DNA of 33,882 bases from Nemertoderma westbladi. Lineage: Eukaryota; Animalia; Xenacoelomorpha. The notes under the pieces were generated by a model, which had not been told where the DNA came from, ran no database searches, and saw only the letters and a list, made by a program, of their open reading frames with translations. Each line of letters begins with the position of its first letter. Within the stretch, counting starts at the first letter, position 1. The position numbers and the translations under genes are program-made. The stretch covers positions 1 through 33,882 of the forward strand of contig JAUCBJ010003522.1 in assembly GCA_032718475.1 (NCBI GenBank), in the 5' to 3' direction. Below are positions 1-11,262 of this stretch, piece by piece.

Positions 1-726
1 CTGTCGTTCGGCCTCTCGTCTATGTTGTTCGGCCTCCTGTTCGCGTTGTTCGGCCTGCCGTTCGGCCGCTTGTTCGGCCTCTCGCTTTTGTGTCTCGGCG
101 GCTAATACATCTTGCTCGGCTTGCAGTTGAATATACTCATCTTCCATCCGAGCTTTGAGGGCTAATGCCTTCCGTTCTCGCAGTTGGTCTCGGAGTGGCG
201 GCGCCCCTTGAGAACTGCGCGCTGAGCCGGATATTTCGCTCCTAGCGCTGGAGTGCTGATCTCTAACGGACCCCGTTCTCTTTCGATGTACTGCTGTCCT
301 GATGCTGGAGGATCGTACCGATTCCGCGTCTGTTCTTTCGGCCCTCTTGTAATACTGTTCCTCATAGCCTCTCACAAGGCTGAGGGTCCTCCGGTGTTGT
401 TTGCGGAACCCATCTAGATGTACAACGTGTTCTTCCAACTTGGGGTAGTTTTCCAGATCGGTGGGGGGAACGAGCTCTTGGTACGCCTGTATCATTCTTT
501 CGTACCGCTGTAGGATATTTCGGATACTTTGAAGCTGAGTTTGTACCTCATTGAGGGGGGTTTTGACTCCCTTGAGTTGTTTCTCCATCCGTTGATACGC
601 TCGGGTTACTCCGCCTTTAAGAGCCCCTAACCGACGGGTCATGTTCTTGACGTTTGGTACCTCGTCGGCTTCCGAGTCTGTGTGGTGATCCATCTCGTCG
701 GTATCGGATACGTTATTTGTGGTCAT
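1..726 (-). CDS. gag: gag N-terminal region of element A (partial, open to the window edge)
   Basis: ATG at 726 reads MTTNNVSDTDEMDHHTDSEADEVPNVKNMTRRLGALKGGVTRAYQR... with no stop to position 1; homologous to ORF 18606-19403. Confidence 0.85.
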   Translation of the reverse strand, partial: MTTNNVSDTDEMDHHTDSEADEVPNVKNMTRRLGALKGGVTRAYQRMEKQLKGVKTPLNEVQTQLQSIRNILQRYERMIQAYQELVPPTDLENYPKLEEHVVHLDGFRKQHRRTLSLVRGYEEQYYKRAERTDAESVRSSSIRTAVHRKRTGSVRDQHSSARSEISGSARSSQGAPPLRDQLRERKALALKARMEDEYIQLQAEQDVLAAETQKREAEQAAERQAEQREQEAEQHRREAERQ

Positions 727-914
727 TGTAACGCCTCGTCGATGGCGAGATACGCGATGTCGTAAAACAGTTCTTCGTAGGTATTGTACTCAGCTTGGAC
801 CACCCGAACAGTAATCCTGAATCGTCCAACGTTCGTTCCTTGTACCTCAACTTCGACGTGCCAGATTCCTGGCTCAACTTGAATTATATCAATGGGTGTG
901 ATCGATACTTCCAT
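723..914 (-). CDS. 63-aa ORF upstream of gag (element A), unknown function
   Basis: 62/63 aa identical to 19400-19591, with almost only synonymous differences; the stop overlaps the gag start (ATGA). Confidence 0.8.
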   Translation of the reverse strand: MEVSITPIDIIQVEPGIWHVEVEVQGTNVGRFRITVRVVQAEYNTYEELFYDIAYLAIDEALQ

Positions 915-1165
915 TCCCTGTTAACAACTCTCCCGAATTGTGATCTGCCGACTACGAGTTGGTTAGATCGAGTTTGTTGTTTAATTAAACCACGACTTTG
1001 TCTCAACTCAAATACCAGAGTTTCCTCGTAGTGGGTGCTGGCAAGCACGTAGAGAGTTTTTGAAGAGTATTGAAGGATTCTCAACTTCCACCAGTTGAAG
1101 TTGACCGTAATTATCCTTAATTTTGACACCGTGTCAAAATTAACCGCATTAATTATTCTTAATTT

Positions 1166-2751
1166 TGTTGCCGTTATTCCTACACCAGGGGGAAAAACGC
1201 CGATGCTGGAGACGTGACTTAACAGACCACCGAGCCCCGGCCAGTCACCGGATATTGATTGTGGGGAGGGAATATTTCTAAGATGCAAGTTTGCGGTTGA
1301 GAAAAGCTGCATTAGTTGGATATACTCTTTAATGTAACTTCCTATAGTTGAAAACCTGATTAAGAATAATTTTGGGCTTCCCCAAATCAATATACACCAA
1401 ATATTCACAATAATTATACACGATAATATAAATCCCTACGGTATATTATTTAATAACCCACTGTTCGCTCAGAATTTTAGCCTACCTAATGTTCCCCAGA
1501 TTTTCCCTCAGTCCCAGTCTTAGTGCCGTAGTGTCGGTGTCGGTCGACCCTGTCGCGTGTCCGTTCCACCCCTCACGAACCCCGAAGGGAACGATCATCG
1601 AGAACCAGCCCGGCTTGGCTAAGGGTCGGTCCAGTCGGTAGACTCTGTCGCGTATCCGTACCACCCCTCTCGAACCCCGAAGGGTTCGGTCATCGAGAAC
1701 CAGTACGGCTTGGCTAAGAGTCTGTCGTGTCGGTGGACCCGTTCGCGTGTCCGTTCCACCCCTCACGAACCCCGAAGGGTTCGATCATCGAGAACCAGAA
1801 CGGCTTGGCTAGGGGTCCGTCAGTTCATTACAGAAACCCAACCACCTAGGCTTTCCGAGTCCGTTTCAGGCTCGTAGTCGCTTCGGCAGCCGAGAAACTG
1901 CTCCGAACGGTCGGTAGGCCAGTAGAGTCTAGTCGAGTCTAGTCCTTTGTCTTTCGACCCCATCGCGTGTCCGTTCCACCCCTCACGAACCCCGAAGGGA
2001 GCGATCATCGAGAACCAGAACGGCTTGGCTAAGGGGTCTGTCGTCGGTTCCCGTCGCAAATCCCAGTCAAGCAGTCAGCGTTCCGAGTTCTTTTCAGGCT
2101 CGTAGTAGCTGCAGTTGACCCGAGACCGCTAAGGGCAGTCCTTGTCAAACCAGTCCTGTGGCCAGCCCTTTCGCATGTCCGTCCCACCCCTCACGAACCC
2201 CGAAGGGATCGGTCATCGAGAACCAGTACGGCTTAGGTCAGGGGGCAGTCTTAAGTTGGCCACCTGTTCGCGTGTCCGCTCCACCCCTCACGAACCCCGG
2301 GGTTCGATCATCGAGAACCAGAACGGCTTGGCTACTAAGGGGCCGTCGGTGCCCGTCGCAAATCCCTGACACAAGCAGTCAGCGTTCCGAGTTCTTTTCA
2401 GTCTCGTAGTAGCTGCCGTTGGCCAGGGACCGCTAAGGGCAGTCCTTGTCCTTTAGGCCTGGCGCATTACCAAATCCACCCCTACAGGCAGCAGGAAGTT
2501 GGCCAGGGCCTAATAGTACTCAGGCTAACCTGAATACTGCTTGCATTTTCCATCCCCCCTGGCCCTTATAACTATGAAATTATTCCCGTACCCTGTAAGT
2601 TGCCCCAAAGTTCGCCCATAAATCGCCCCCAGTTTATTGAATGTGCCCAAAACCCATGGTCCCGCACCCAGTAGTAATATCGGAATAATCAATTTTAATA
2701 AAATACAAAAATATTCAACTCGCGTTATGGAAAGTTGAAATACCGCGAACA
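1166..2751 (-). repeat. 5' LTR of element A (TGTT...AACA; may extend to 1096)
   Basis: Homologous to 9595-11084 and 19799-20990; contains six ~70-nt core repeats starting near 1553, 1648, 1743, 1963, 2171 and 2268. Confidence 0.88.
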
Positions 2752-5700
2752 ATCGGAATCCCAGTAATTTACCGGTATCGGAATCCCAGTAACTTACCAG
2801 TGTCGGAATCCCAGTTAACTTACCGGTATCGGAATCCCAGCAACTTACCGGTATCGGAATCCCAGTAACTTACCGGTATCGGAATCCCAGTAACTTACCA
2901 GTGTCGGAATCCCAGTAACTTACCAGTGTCGGAATCCCAGTAACTTACCGGTATCGGAATCCCAGTAACTTACCAGTGTCGGAATCCCAGTAACTTACCA
3001 GTGTCGGAATCCCAGTAACTTACCGGTATCGGAATCCCAGTAACTTACCGGTATCGGAATCCCAGTAACTTACCGGTATCGGAATCCCAGTAACTTACCG
3101 GTATCGGAATCCCAGTAACTTACCGGTATCGGAATCCCAGTAACTTACCGGTATCGGAATCCCAGTAACTTACCGGTATCGGAATCCCAGTAACTTACCG
3201 GTAGCGGAATCCCAGTAACGTACCGGTATCGGAATCCCAGTAACTTACTGGTATCGGAATCCCAGTAACTTACCGGTATCGGAATCCCAGTAACTTACCA
3301 GTGTCGGAATCCCAGTAACTTACCGGTATCGGAATCCCAGTAACTTACCAGTGTCGGAATCCCAGTAACTTACCGGTATCGGAATCCCAGTAACTTACCG
3401 GTATCGGAATCCCAGTAACTTACCAGTGTCGGAATCCCAGTAACTTACCGGTATCGGAATCCCAGTAACTTACCGGTATCGGAATCCCAGTAACTTACCA
3501 GTGTCGGAATCCCAGTAACTTATCGGTATCGGAATCCCAGTAACTTACCAGTGTGGGAATCCCAGTAACTTACCGGTATCGGAATCCCAGTAACTTACCA
3601 GTGTCGGAATCCCAGTAACTTACCGGTATCGGAATCCCAGTAACTTACCAGTGTCGGAATCCCAGTAACTTACCAGTGTCGGAATCCCAGTAACTTACCA
3701 GTGTCGGAATCCCAGTAACTTACCGGTATCGGAATCTCAGTAACTTACCGGTATCCGAATCCCAGTAACTTACCGGTATCGGAATCCCAGTAACTTACCG
3801 GTGTCGGAATCCCAGTAACTTACCGGTATCGGAATCCCAGTAACTTACCGGTATCGGAATCCCAGTAACTTACCGGTATCGGAATCCCAGTAACTTAACA
3901 GTGTCGGAATCCCAGTAACTTACCGGTATCGGAATCCCAGTAACTTACCGGTATCGGAATCCCAGTAACTTACCGGTATCGGAATCCCAGTAACTTACCG
4001 GTATCGGAATCCCAGTAACTTACCGTTATCGGAATCCCAGTAACTTACCGGTAGCGGAATCCCAGTAACTTACCAGTGTCGGAATCCCAGTAACTTACCG
4101 GTATCGGAATCCCAGTAACTTACCGGTATCGGAATCCCAGTAACTTACCGGTATCGGAATCCCAGTAACTTACCAGTGTCGGAATCCCAGTAACTTACCG
4201 GTATCGGAATCCCAGTAACTTACCGGTATCGGAATCCCAGTAACTTACCAGTGTCGGAATCCCAGTAACTTACCGGTATCGGAATCCCAGCAACTTACCA
4301 GTGTCGGAATCCCAGTAACTTACCGGTATCGTAATCCCAGTAACTTACCAGTGTCGGAATCCCAGTAACTTACCGGTATCGGAATCCCAGTAACTTACCG
4401 GTATCGGAATCCCAGTAACTTACCAGTGTCGGAATCCCAGTAACTTACCGGTATCGGAATCCCAGTAACTTACCGGTATCGAAATCCCAGTAACTTACCG
4501 GTATCGGAATCCCAGTATCTTACCGGTATCGGAATCCCAGTAACTTACCGGTATAGGAATCCCAGTAACTTACCGGTATCGGAATCCCAGTAACTTACCA
4601 GTGTCGGAATCCCAGTAACTTACCGGTATCGGAATCCCAGTAACTTACCAGTGTCGGAATCCCAGTAACTTACCGGTATCGGAATCCCAGTAACTTACCA
4701 GTGTCGGAATCCCAGTAACTTACCGGTATCGGAATCCCAGTAACTTACCGGTATCGGAATCCCAGTAACTCACCAGTGTCGGAATCCCAGTAACTTAGCG
4801 GTATCGGAATCCCAGTAACTTACTAACTTACCGGTATCGGAATCCCAGTAACTTACCGGTGTCGGAATCCCAGTAACTTACCGGTATCGGAATCCCAGTA
4901 ACTTACCGGTATCCGAATCCCAGTAACTTACCGGTATCGGAATCCCAGTAACTTACCAGTGTCGGAATCCCAGTAACTTACCGGTATCGGAATCCCAGTA
5001 ACTTACCGGTATCGGAATCCCAGTAACTTACCGGTATCGGAATCCCAGTAACTTACCGGTATCGGAATCCCAGTAACTTACCGTTATCGGAATCCCAGTA
5101 ACTTACCGGTAGCGGAATCCCAGTAACTTACCAGTGTCGGAATCCCAGTAACTTACCGGTATCGGAATCCCAGTAACTTACCGGTATCGGAATCCCAGTA
5201 ACTTACCAGTGTCGGAATCCCAGTAACTTACCGGTATCGGAATCCCAGTAACTTACCGGTAGCGGAATCCCAGTAACTTACCGGTATCGGAATCCCAGTA
5301 ACTTACCGGTATCGGAATCCCAGTAACTTACCAGTGTCGGAATCCCAGTAACTTACCGGTATCGGAATCCCAGTAACTTACCAGTGTCGGAATCCCAGTA
5401 ACTTACCGGTATCGGAATCCCAGCAACTTACCAGTGTCGGAATCCCAGTAACTTACCGGTATCGGAATCCCAGTAACTTACCAGTGTCGGAATCCCAGTA
5501 ACTTACCGGTATCGGAATCCCAGTAACTTACCGGTATCGGAATCCCAGTAACTTACCAGTGTCGGAATCCCAGTAACTTACCGGTATCGGAATCCCAGTA
5601 ACTTACCGGTATCGGAATCCCAGTAACTTACCGGTATCGGAATCCCAGTAACTTACCAGTGTCGGAATCCCAGTAACTTACCGGTATCGGAATCCCAGTA

Positions 5701-7472
5701 ACTTACCAGTGTCGGAATCCCAGTAACTTACCGGTATCGGAATCCCAGTATCTTACCGGTATCGGAATCCCAGTAACTTACCGGTATCGGAATCCCAGTA
5801 ACTTACCGGTATCGGAATCCCAGTAACTTACCGGTATCGGAATCCCAGTAACTTACCGGTATCGGAATCCCAGTATCTTACCGGTATCGGAATCCCAGTA
5901 ACTTACCGGTATCGGAATCCCAGTAACTTACCGGTATCGGAATCCCAGTAACTTACCAGTGTCGGAATCCCAGTAACTTACCGGTATCGGAATCCCAGTA
6001 ACTTACCAGTGTCGGAATCCCAGTAACTTACCGGTATCGGAATCCCAGTAACTTACCGGTATCGGAATCCCAGTAACTTACCGGTATCGGAATCCCAGTA
6101 ACTTACCGGTATCGGAATCCCAGTAACTTACCGGTATCGGAATCCCAGTAACTTACCGGTATCGGAATCCCAGTAACTTACCAGTGTCGGAATCCCAGTA
6201 ACTTACCGGTATCGGAATCCCAGTAACTTACCGGTATCGGAATCCCAGTAACTTACCGGTATCGGAATCCCAGTAACTTACCGGTATCGGAATCCCAGTA
6301 ACTTACCAGTGTCGGAATCCCAGTAACTTACCGGTATCGGAATCCCAGTAACTTACCAGTATCGGAATCCCAGTAACTTACCGGTATCGGAATCCCAGTA
6401 ACTTACCGGTATCGGAATCCCAGTAACTTTCCGGTATCGGAATCCCAGTAACTTACCAGTGTCGGAATCCCAGTAACTTACCGGTATCGGAATCCCAGTA
6501 ACTTACCAGTGTCGGAATCCCAGTAACTTACCGGTATCGGAATCCCAGTAACTTACCGGTATCGGAATCCCAGTAACTTACCGGTATCGGAATCCCAGTA
6601 ACTTACCGGTATCGGAATCCCAGTAACTTACCGGTATCGGAATCCCAGTAACTTACCAGTGTCGGAATCCCAGTAACTTACCGGTATCGGAATCCCAGTA
6701 ACTTACCAGTGTCGGAATCCCAGTAACTTACCGGTATCGGAATCCCAGTAACTTACCGGTATCGGAATCCCAGTAACTTACCGGTATCGGAATCCCAGTA
6801 ACTTACCAGTGTCGGAATCCCAGTAACTTACCGGTATCGGAATCCCAGTAACTTACCGGTATCGGAATCCCAGTAACTTACCGGTATCGGAATCCCAGTA
6901 ACTTACCAGTGTCGGAATCCCAGTAACTTACCGGTATCGGAATCCCAGTAACTTACCAGTGTCGGAATCCCAGTAACTTACCGGTATCGGAATCCCAGTA
7001 ACTTACCGGTATCGGAATCCCAGTAACTTACCGGTATCGGAATCCCAGTAACTTACCGGTATCGGAATCCCAGCAACTTACCGGTATCGGAATCCCAGTA
7101 ACTTACCAGTGTCGGAATCCCAGTAACTTACCGGTATCGGAATCCCAGTAACTTACCAGTGTCGGAATCCCAGTAACTTACCGGTGTCGGAATCCCAGTA
7201 ACTTACCGGTATCGGAATCCCAGTAACTTACCGGTATCGGAATCCCAGTAACTTACCAGTGTCGGAATCCCAGTAACTTACCGGTATAGGAATCCCAGTA
7301 ACTTACCGGTATCGGAATCCCAGTAACTTACCGGTATCGGAATCCCAGTAACTTACCAGTGTCGGAATCCCAGTAACTTACCGGTATCGGAATCCCAGTA
7401 ACTTACCGGTATCGGAATCCCAGTAACTTACCGGTATCGGAATCCCAGTAACTTACCGGTATCGGAATCCCA
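2752..7472 (-). repeat. 25-bp tandem satellite (~189 units), minus-strand unit TGGGATTCCGATACCG|GTAAGTTAC, derived from a DAW1 exon/intron junction
   Basis: Period 25 is directly visible. The rightmost unit is the last 16 nt of exon 7457-7578 plus the first 9 intron nt. Confidence 0.97.
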
Positions 7473-7578
7473 CAACCGACATGACTTATCCATGGACCCA
7501 GTAGCGATTATCGAACTATCGAAATTAAAGGTAGCGCTAGAAATCTCAGCATTGTGACCCGCCAAAACTTTATCGCAC
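7457..7578 (-). CDS. DAW1: DAW1 coding exon ([42 protein letters not shown])
   Basis: Acceptor ttttcacttag and donor G|gtaagt. WD40 repeat matching recalled DAW1 '[31 protein letters not shown]'. Phase fits exon 23405-23511. Missed by the ORF track. Confidence 0.92.
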
Positions 7579-8023
7579 CTAAGTGAAAATAAAGTTAGGG
7601 TGAGTGAGGTATGGAGTGAGGAGTTAAAGTATGGGTGAGGGTGTTATATAAGTGAGATAGGACGGGAATTTGGCTAAAGATACCTGAGGCAGGACAGTAA
7701 CTAGAGGGGACGAGCCTCACTTCCCACTTGTAGTTGTAAATAAATGTCCAATTTGTTAATATAAGTAATGCAGTTTCGAATAGATTACTAAATTTAATAG
7801 GAGCAATTAATAGTTGAATAAAAAGGGATATTGGTAGGATATACAACAAATATAAGCTAACATTCGTATTGGTTATATTTTGTAATTTTATAAAATATTT
7901 TTATTCCAAAATTCTAACATTACCCAACGCCGTTAGTATTAACAGCGAGTTGTTATTTATCACTTTACAACTTTAGAAGACATTACAGCATATTATTGGT
8001 ATATTTAGTATTGTATTTGGTGT

Positions 8024-8114
8024 TATTGTTTACTTGGTAACCCATGACGACGTTAAGTAATGTACACTGAGGGGACATTACTTAACGCCGTCATTGGATA
8101 CCACGTAAACAATA
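8024..8114. repeat. Hairpin: 40-bp inverted arms with an 11-nt loop (tiny MITE or pre-miRNA-like)
   Basis: tattgtttacttggtaacccatgacgacgttaagtaatgt versus acattacttaacgccgtcattggataccacgtaaacaata, about 4 mismatches. Confidence 0.8.
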
Positions 8115-9162
8115 GGTGGAAATTTGCCTGACAGCCAGATAGGCCTACTGCATTACCTACCAGTAGACGGGGTATAGCTATTAATAACCAGTAGGGCGTA
8201 GCTATATTATTATAACATGGCTCCAAACGCCACCATAAATATAAGCTAACTTATTTATAACATAATTTATGTCTTTTTTACATTTATTTATACAGCAACT
8301 AGTATAATTTGTGCAGTTTCTATCACCTACAATCATTTCGTAATGTTAAAATTTTGGAATAAAACGACATACATACTTGTTGCAAAGTACTTTACAGTGT
8401 TCTGATCCTCGTGGCTTTATTTTGTTTAGTGTGCTATTTTACACACAAGTATGTAAATAGTTATTACGTAATCATTGCAATTATTATTGTAATAAACAGT
8501 AATATATAATATGTAAACTCAAACAATGACGCGACACGACTAAACTATTCACTGCTGCTGACAATATAACAATAAGCTTGTCTATGTACAGTACAATATG
8601 TAAGGTAATAGAAAAAGAAACTGTGAAAAAACAATTTACTAATTTAAAGCTAAAAATATGGGGAGCGTAGAGATTACTATACTTTATTGCATATTAACCC
8701 CAATGTCCATGATGAACACGATTAAATGTTCATTGTTAGTTGTTACGTTGGGAAATTAATTTATTTACAATTGCTGTACTCTATATATTTTTAACCGGTT
8801 CAGTTTAGAGCCATTTGATCACAAAATTGACCAGGTTTTACCTAACAAGTGCCAACTGTTGAATATTTTGAAATTAAGTAACTTTTGTTCTCCTAACATG
8901 TAATATTTATATAAATGACCCAAGATACAAAAAATATAATTCCTATGAAGTGGATTTATTTTTGATATACCGCTGCAATCTTAATTTGGTTAAAATTTGA
9001 CCGTTTGGAGTAAAATAGGGTGGGTTGGGCCAACTCTTAGAAATCGCTACCAGTGTTATTTTTCTTATCCTGAAACGCTCTTTAAATGATCACAGTTTTA
9101 GTGAATATATTCCAAAGAAGTTGTTAAACTACTTATCAGACTTTCAATGAAGAGTAAATTAT

Positions 9163-9188
9163 GGGGGGGGGGGGGGGGGGGGGGGGGG
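9163..9188 (+). repeat. poly-G tract (~26 nt)
   Basis: Seen directly. Confidence 0.9.
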
Positions 9189-9440
9189 TTTGTTTTTCCG
9201 GATGTAAAATTGTATGGTGATTCCGAATCTGAAATCAGTTTTACGATAAGTTGTTTTGGTTTCGAGTTATGGCATGGCAACATGTGTTCCAAACTAGTTT
9301 GATAGTTCCAATTAGTTTGTTAAATTATTATCAACATTTATATATTTTTTAAACATTATTACCAATTAGTTTAAAATACTTTTCAACACTTGTAAAAAAG
9401 TATAGAAATGAAGTTTTCTTCGACCGTTAGAGCTAACATT

Positions 9441-9594
9441 TAAGGATGCAAGGCATATATGCTCCCTGGTTAGCCCCTTCAAACCATTCGTGCTAAATAT
9501 AAAACTGCATTGGCCCACATGGTGGGATCGAACCCACGACCTCCAGATAGATTGGAAATCAATGCAACCACTATACGTATACACCAAGGTGGAA
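9441..9594 (-). mobile_element. tRNA-derived SINE-like element (degenerate)
   Basis: Minus strand has A-box-like TAGTGG and B-box GGTTCGATCCC; a second diverged copy lies at 26100-26229. Confidence 0.7.
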
Positions 9595-11084
9595 TGTTGC
9601 CGTTATTCCCGACACCATGGGGGAAAAACGCCGATGCTGGAGGCGGAACTTTACAGACCACGGAATCCCGGCCAGTCACCGGATATTGATTGTGGAGAAG
9701 GAATAATTTCTTAGATGCAAGATTGCGGTTGAGAAAAAGCTGCATTGGTTGGATATATTCTTTAATGTAGTTAATCTCACTGAACCCTGATTGAGAATAA
9801 ATTGGGCTTCCCCAAATCAATATACACCAAATTATTCACAATAATAATACACGACAATATAAATCCCTACAGTAAATTATTTAATTACCCACTGTTCGCT
9901 CAGATTTTAGCCTAACTAATGTTCCCCAGATTTTCCCTCGGTCCTAGTCTTGGTGCCGTAGTGTCGGTGTCGGTCGACCCTGTCGCGTGTCCGTCCCACC
10001 CCTCACGAACCCCGAAGGGAACGATCATCGAGAACCAGTACGGCTTGGCTAAGGGTGGGTCCAGTCGGTAGACTCTGTCGCGTATCCGTACCACCCCTCT
10101 CGAACCCCGAAGGGATCGGTCATCGAGAACCAGTACGGCTTGGCTAGGAGTCTGTCGTGTCGGTGGACCCGTTCGCGTGTCCGTCCCACCCCTCACGAGC
10201 CCCGAAGGGAACGATCATTGAGAACCAGTACGGCTTGGCTAGGGGTCCGTCGGTTCATCGCAGAGACCCAACCACCTAGGCTTTCCGAGTCCTTATTCAG
10301 GCTCGTAGTCGCTTCGGCGGCCGAGAAACTGCTCCGAACAGTCGGTAGGCCAGTAGAGTCCAGTCCTCTGTCTTTCGACCCCGTCGCGTGTCCGTCCCAC
10401 CCCTCACGAACCCCGAAGGGAACGATCATCGAGAACCAGTACGGCTTGGCTAAGGGGTCTGTCGTCGGTTCCCGTCGCAAATCCCTGGCACAAGCAGCAG
10501 ACTTTCCGATGTCCTTTTCAGGCTCGTAATAACTGCTGTTGACCAGAGACCGCTAAGGGCAGTCCTCGTCAAACCCTTCCTCTGTTAGTCGGCCGCCCTT
10601 TCGCGTGTCCGTCCCACCCCTCGCGAACCCCGAAGGGATCGGTCATCGAGAACCAGTACGGCTTGGCTAAGGGGGCTGTCGTTTCCCGTCGCAAATCCCT
10701 GACACAAGCAGCAGACTTTCCGATGTCCTTTTCAGTCTCGTAATAACTGCTGTTGGCCAGGGACCGCTAAGGGCAGTCCTTGTCCTTTAGACCTAGCGAG
10801 TTACCAAATCCACCTCTACAGGCAGCAGGAAGTTGGCTAGGCCTAATAGTAATCAGGTAAACCTGAATACTGCTTAACTTTTCCTTCCCCCCTGGCCCTT
10901 ATATACATGAAATGAGTCCCGTACCCCGTAAGTCGCCCCAATATTCGCCCATAAATCGCCCCCAGTTCATAGAGTGTGCCCAAAACCCGTGGTCCCGCAC
11001 CCAGTAGTGATATCGGAATAATCATTTCAAATAAATACAAAAAATATTCAACTCGCGTTATGAAAAGTTGAAATACCGCGAACA
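9595..11084 (-). repeat. 3' LTR of element B (1490 bp)
   Basis: TGTT...AACA termini; preceded on the minus strand by a G-rich PPT; five core repeats near 9983, 10078, 10173, 10384 and 10601. Confidence 0.93.
10898..10905 (-). promoter_or_regulatory. Putative LTR TATA box (TATATAAG); equivalent at 20804-20811 and a variant near 2565-2572
   Basis: About 180 nt into the LTR, followed 25-30 nt later by an Inr-like GCAGT; implies a short U3 and a long transcribed R/U5. Confidence 0.55.
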
Positions 11085-11103
11085 GTCCCCCCCAATGACC
11101 TTC
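11085..11103 (-). other. Polypurine tract
   Basis: GAAGGTCATTGGGGGGGAC immediately precedes the TGTT of the 3' LTR on the minus strand. Confidence 0.75.
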
Positions 11104-11262
11104 GTGAGGTCTATCGGTAGATTGAGTTTGCATAGGTCATTCCCATATAAAAAACCCCAAATTTTTAATATTGCATAGTCTTGATTAATTTGGCCTAGAG
11201 TTCATATATATATATGTATAAAAATAAATGTTCAATAAATGTTCCTGGAATATCCCGGTCCA

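Larger units (their letters stand above)
1..2751 (-). mobile_element. BEL/Pao LTR retrotransposon copy A, 5' part (5' LTR, leader, small ORF, gag N-terminus); runs off the left edge
   Basis: Colinear and similar to 18680-20990 of element B, whose pol has BEL/Pao motifs. The LTR starts TGTTCGCGG on the minus strand at 2751. Confidence 0.92.

Noticed and set aside
1545-2346. CRISPR-like repeat/spacer array in the LTR
   Set aside because: Repeats are ~70 nt, spacer edges pair across each repeat, there are no cas genes and the context is a eukaryotic LTR.
1545-2346. Hammerhead, twister or pistol ribozyme assignment
   Set aside because: No CUGAUGA...GAAA core or other recognisable catalytic consensus; the HDV-like P1 cleavage strand is not evident.
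884-2752. Short ORFs within LTRs (and their copies at 9479-11133 and 19680-20991)
   Set aside because: Mostly non-ATG starts, overlapping repeats, and frames not consistently kept between copies.
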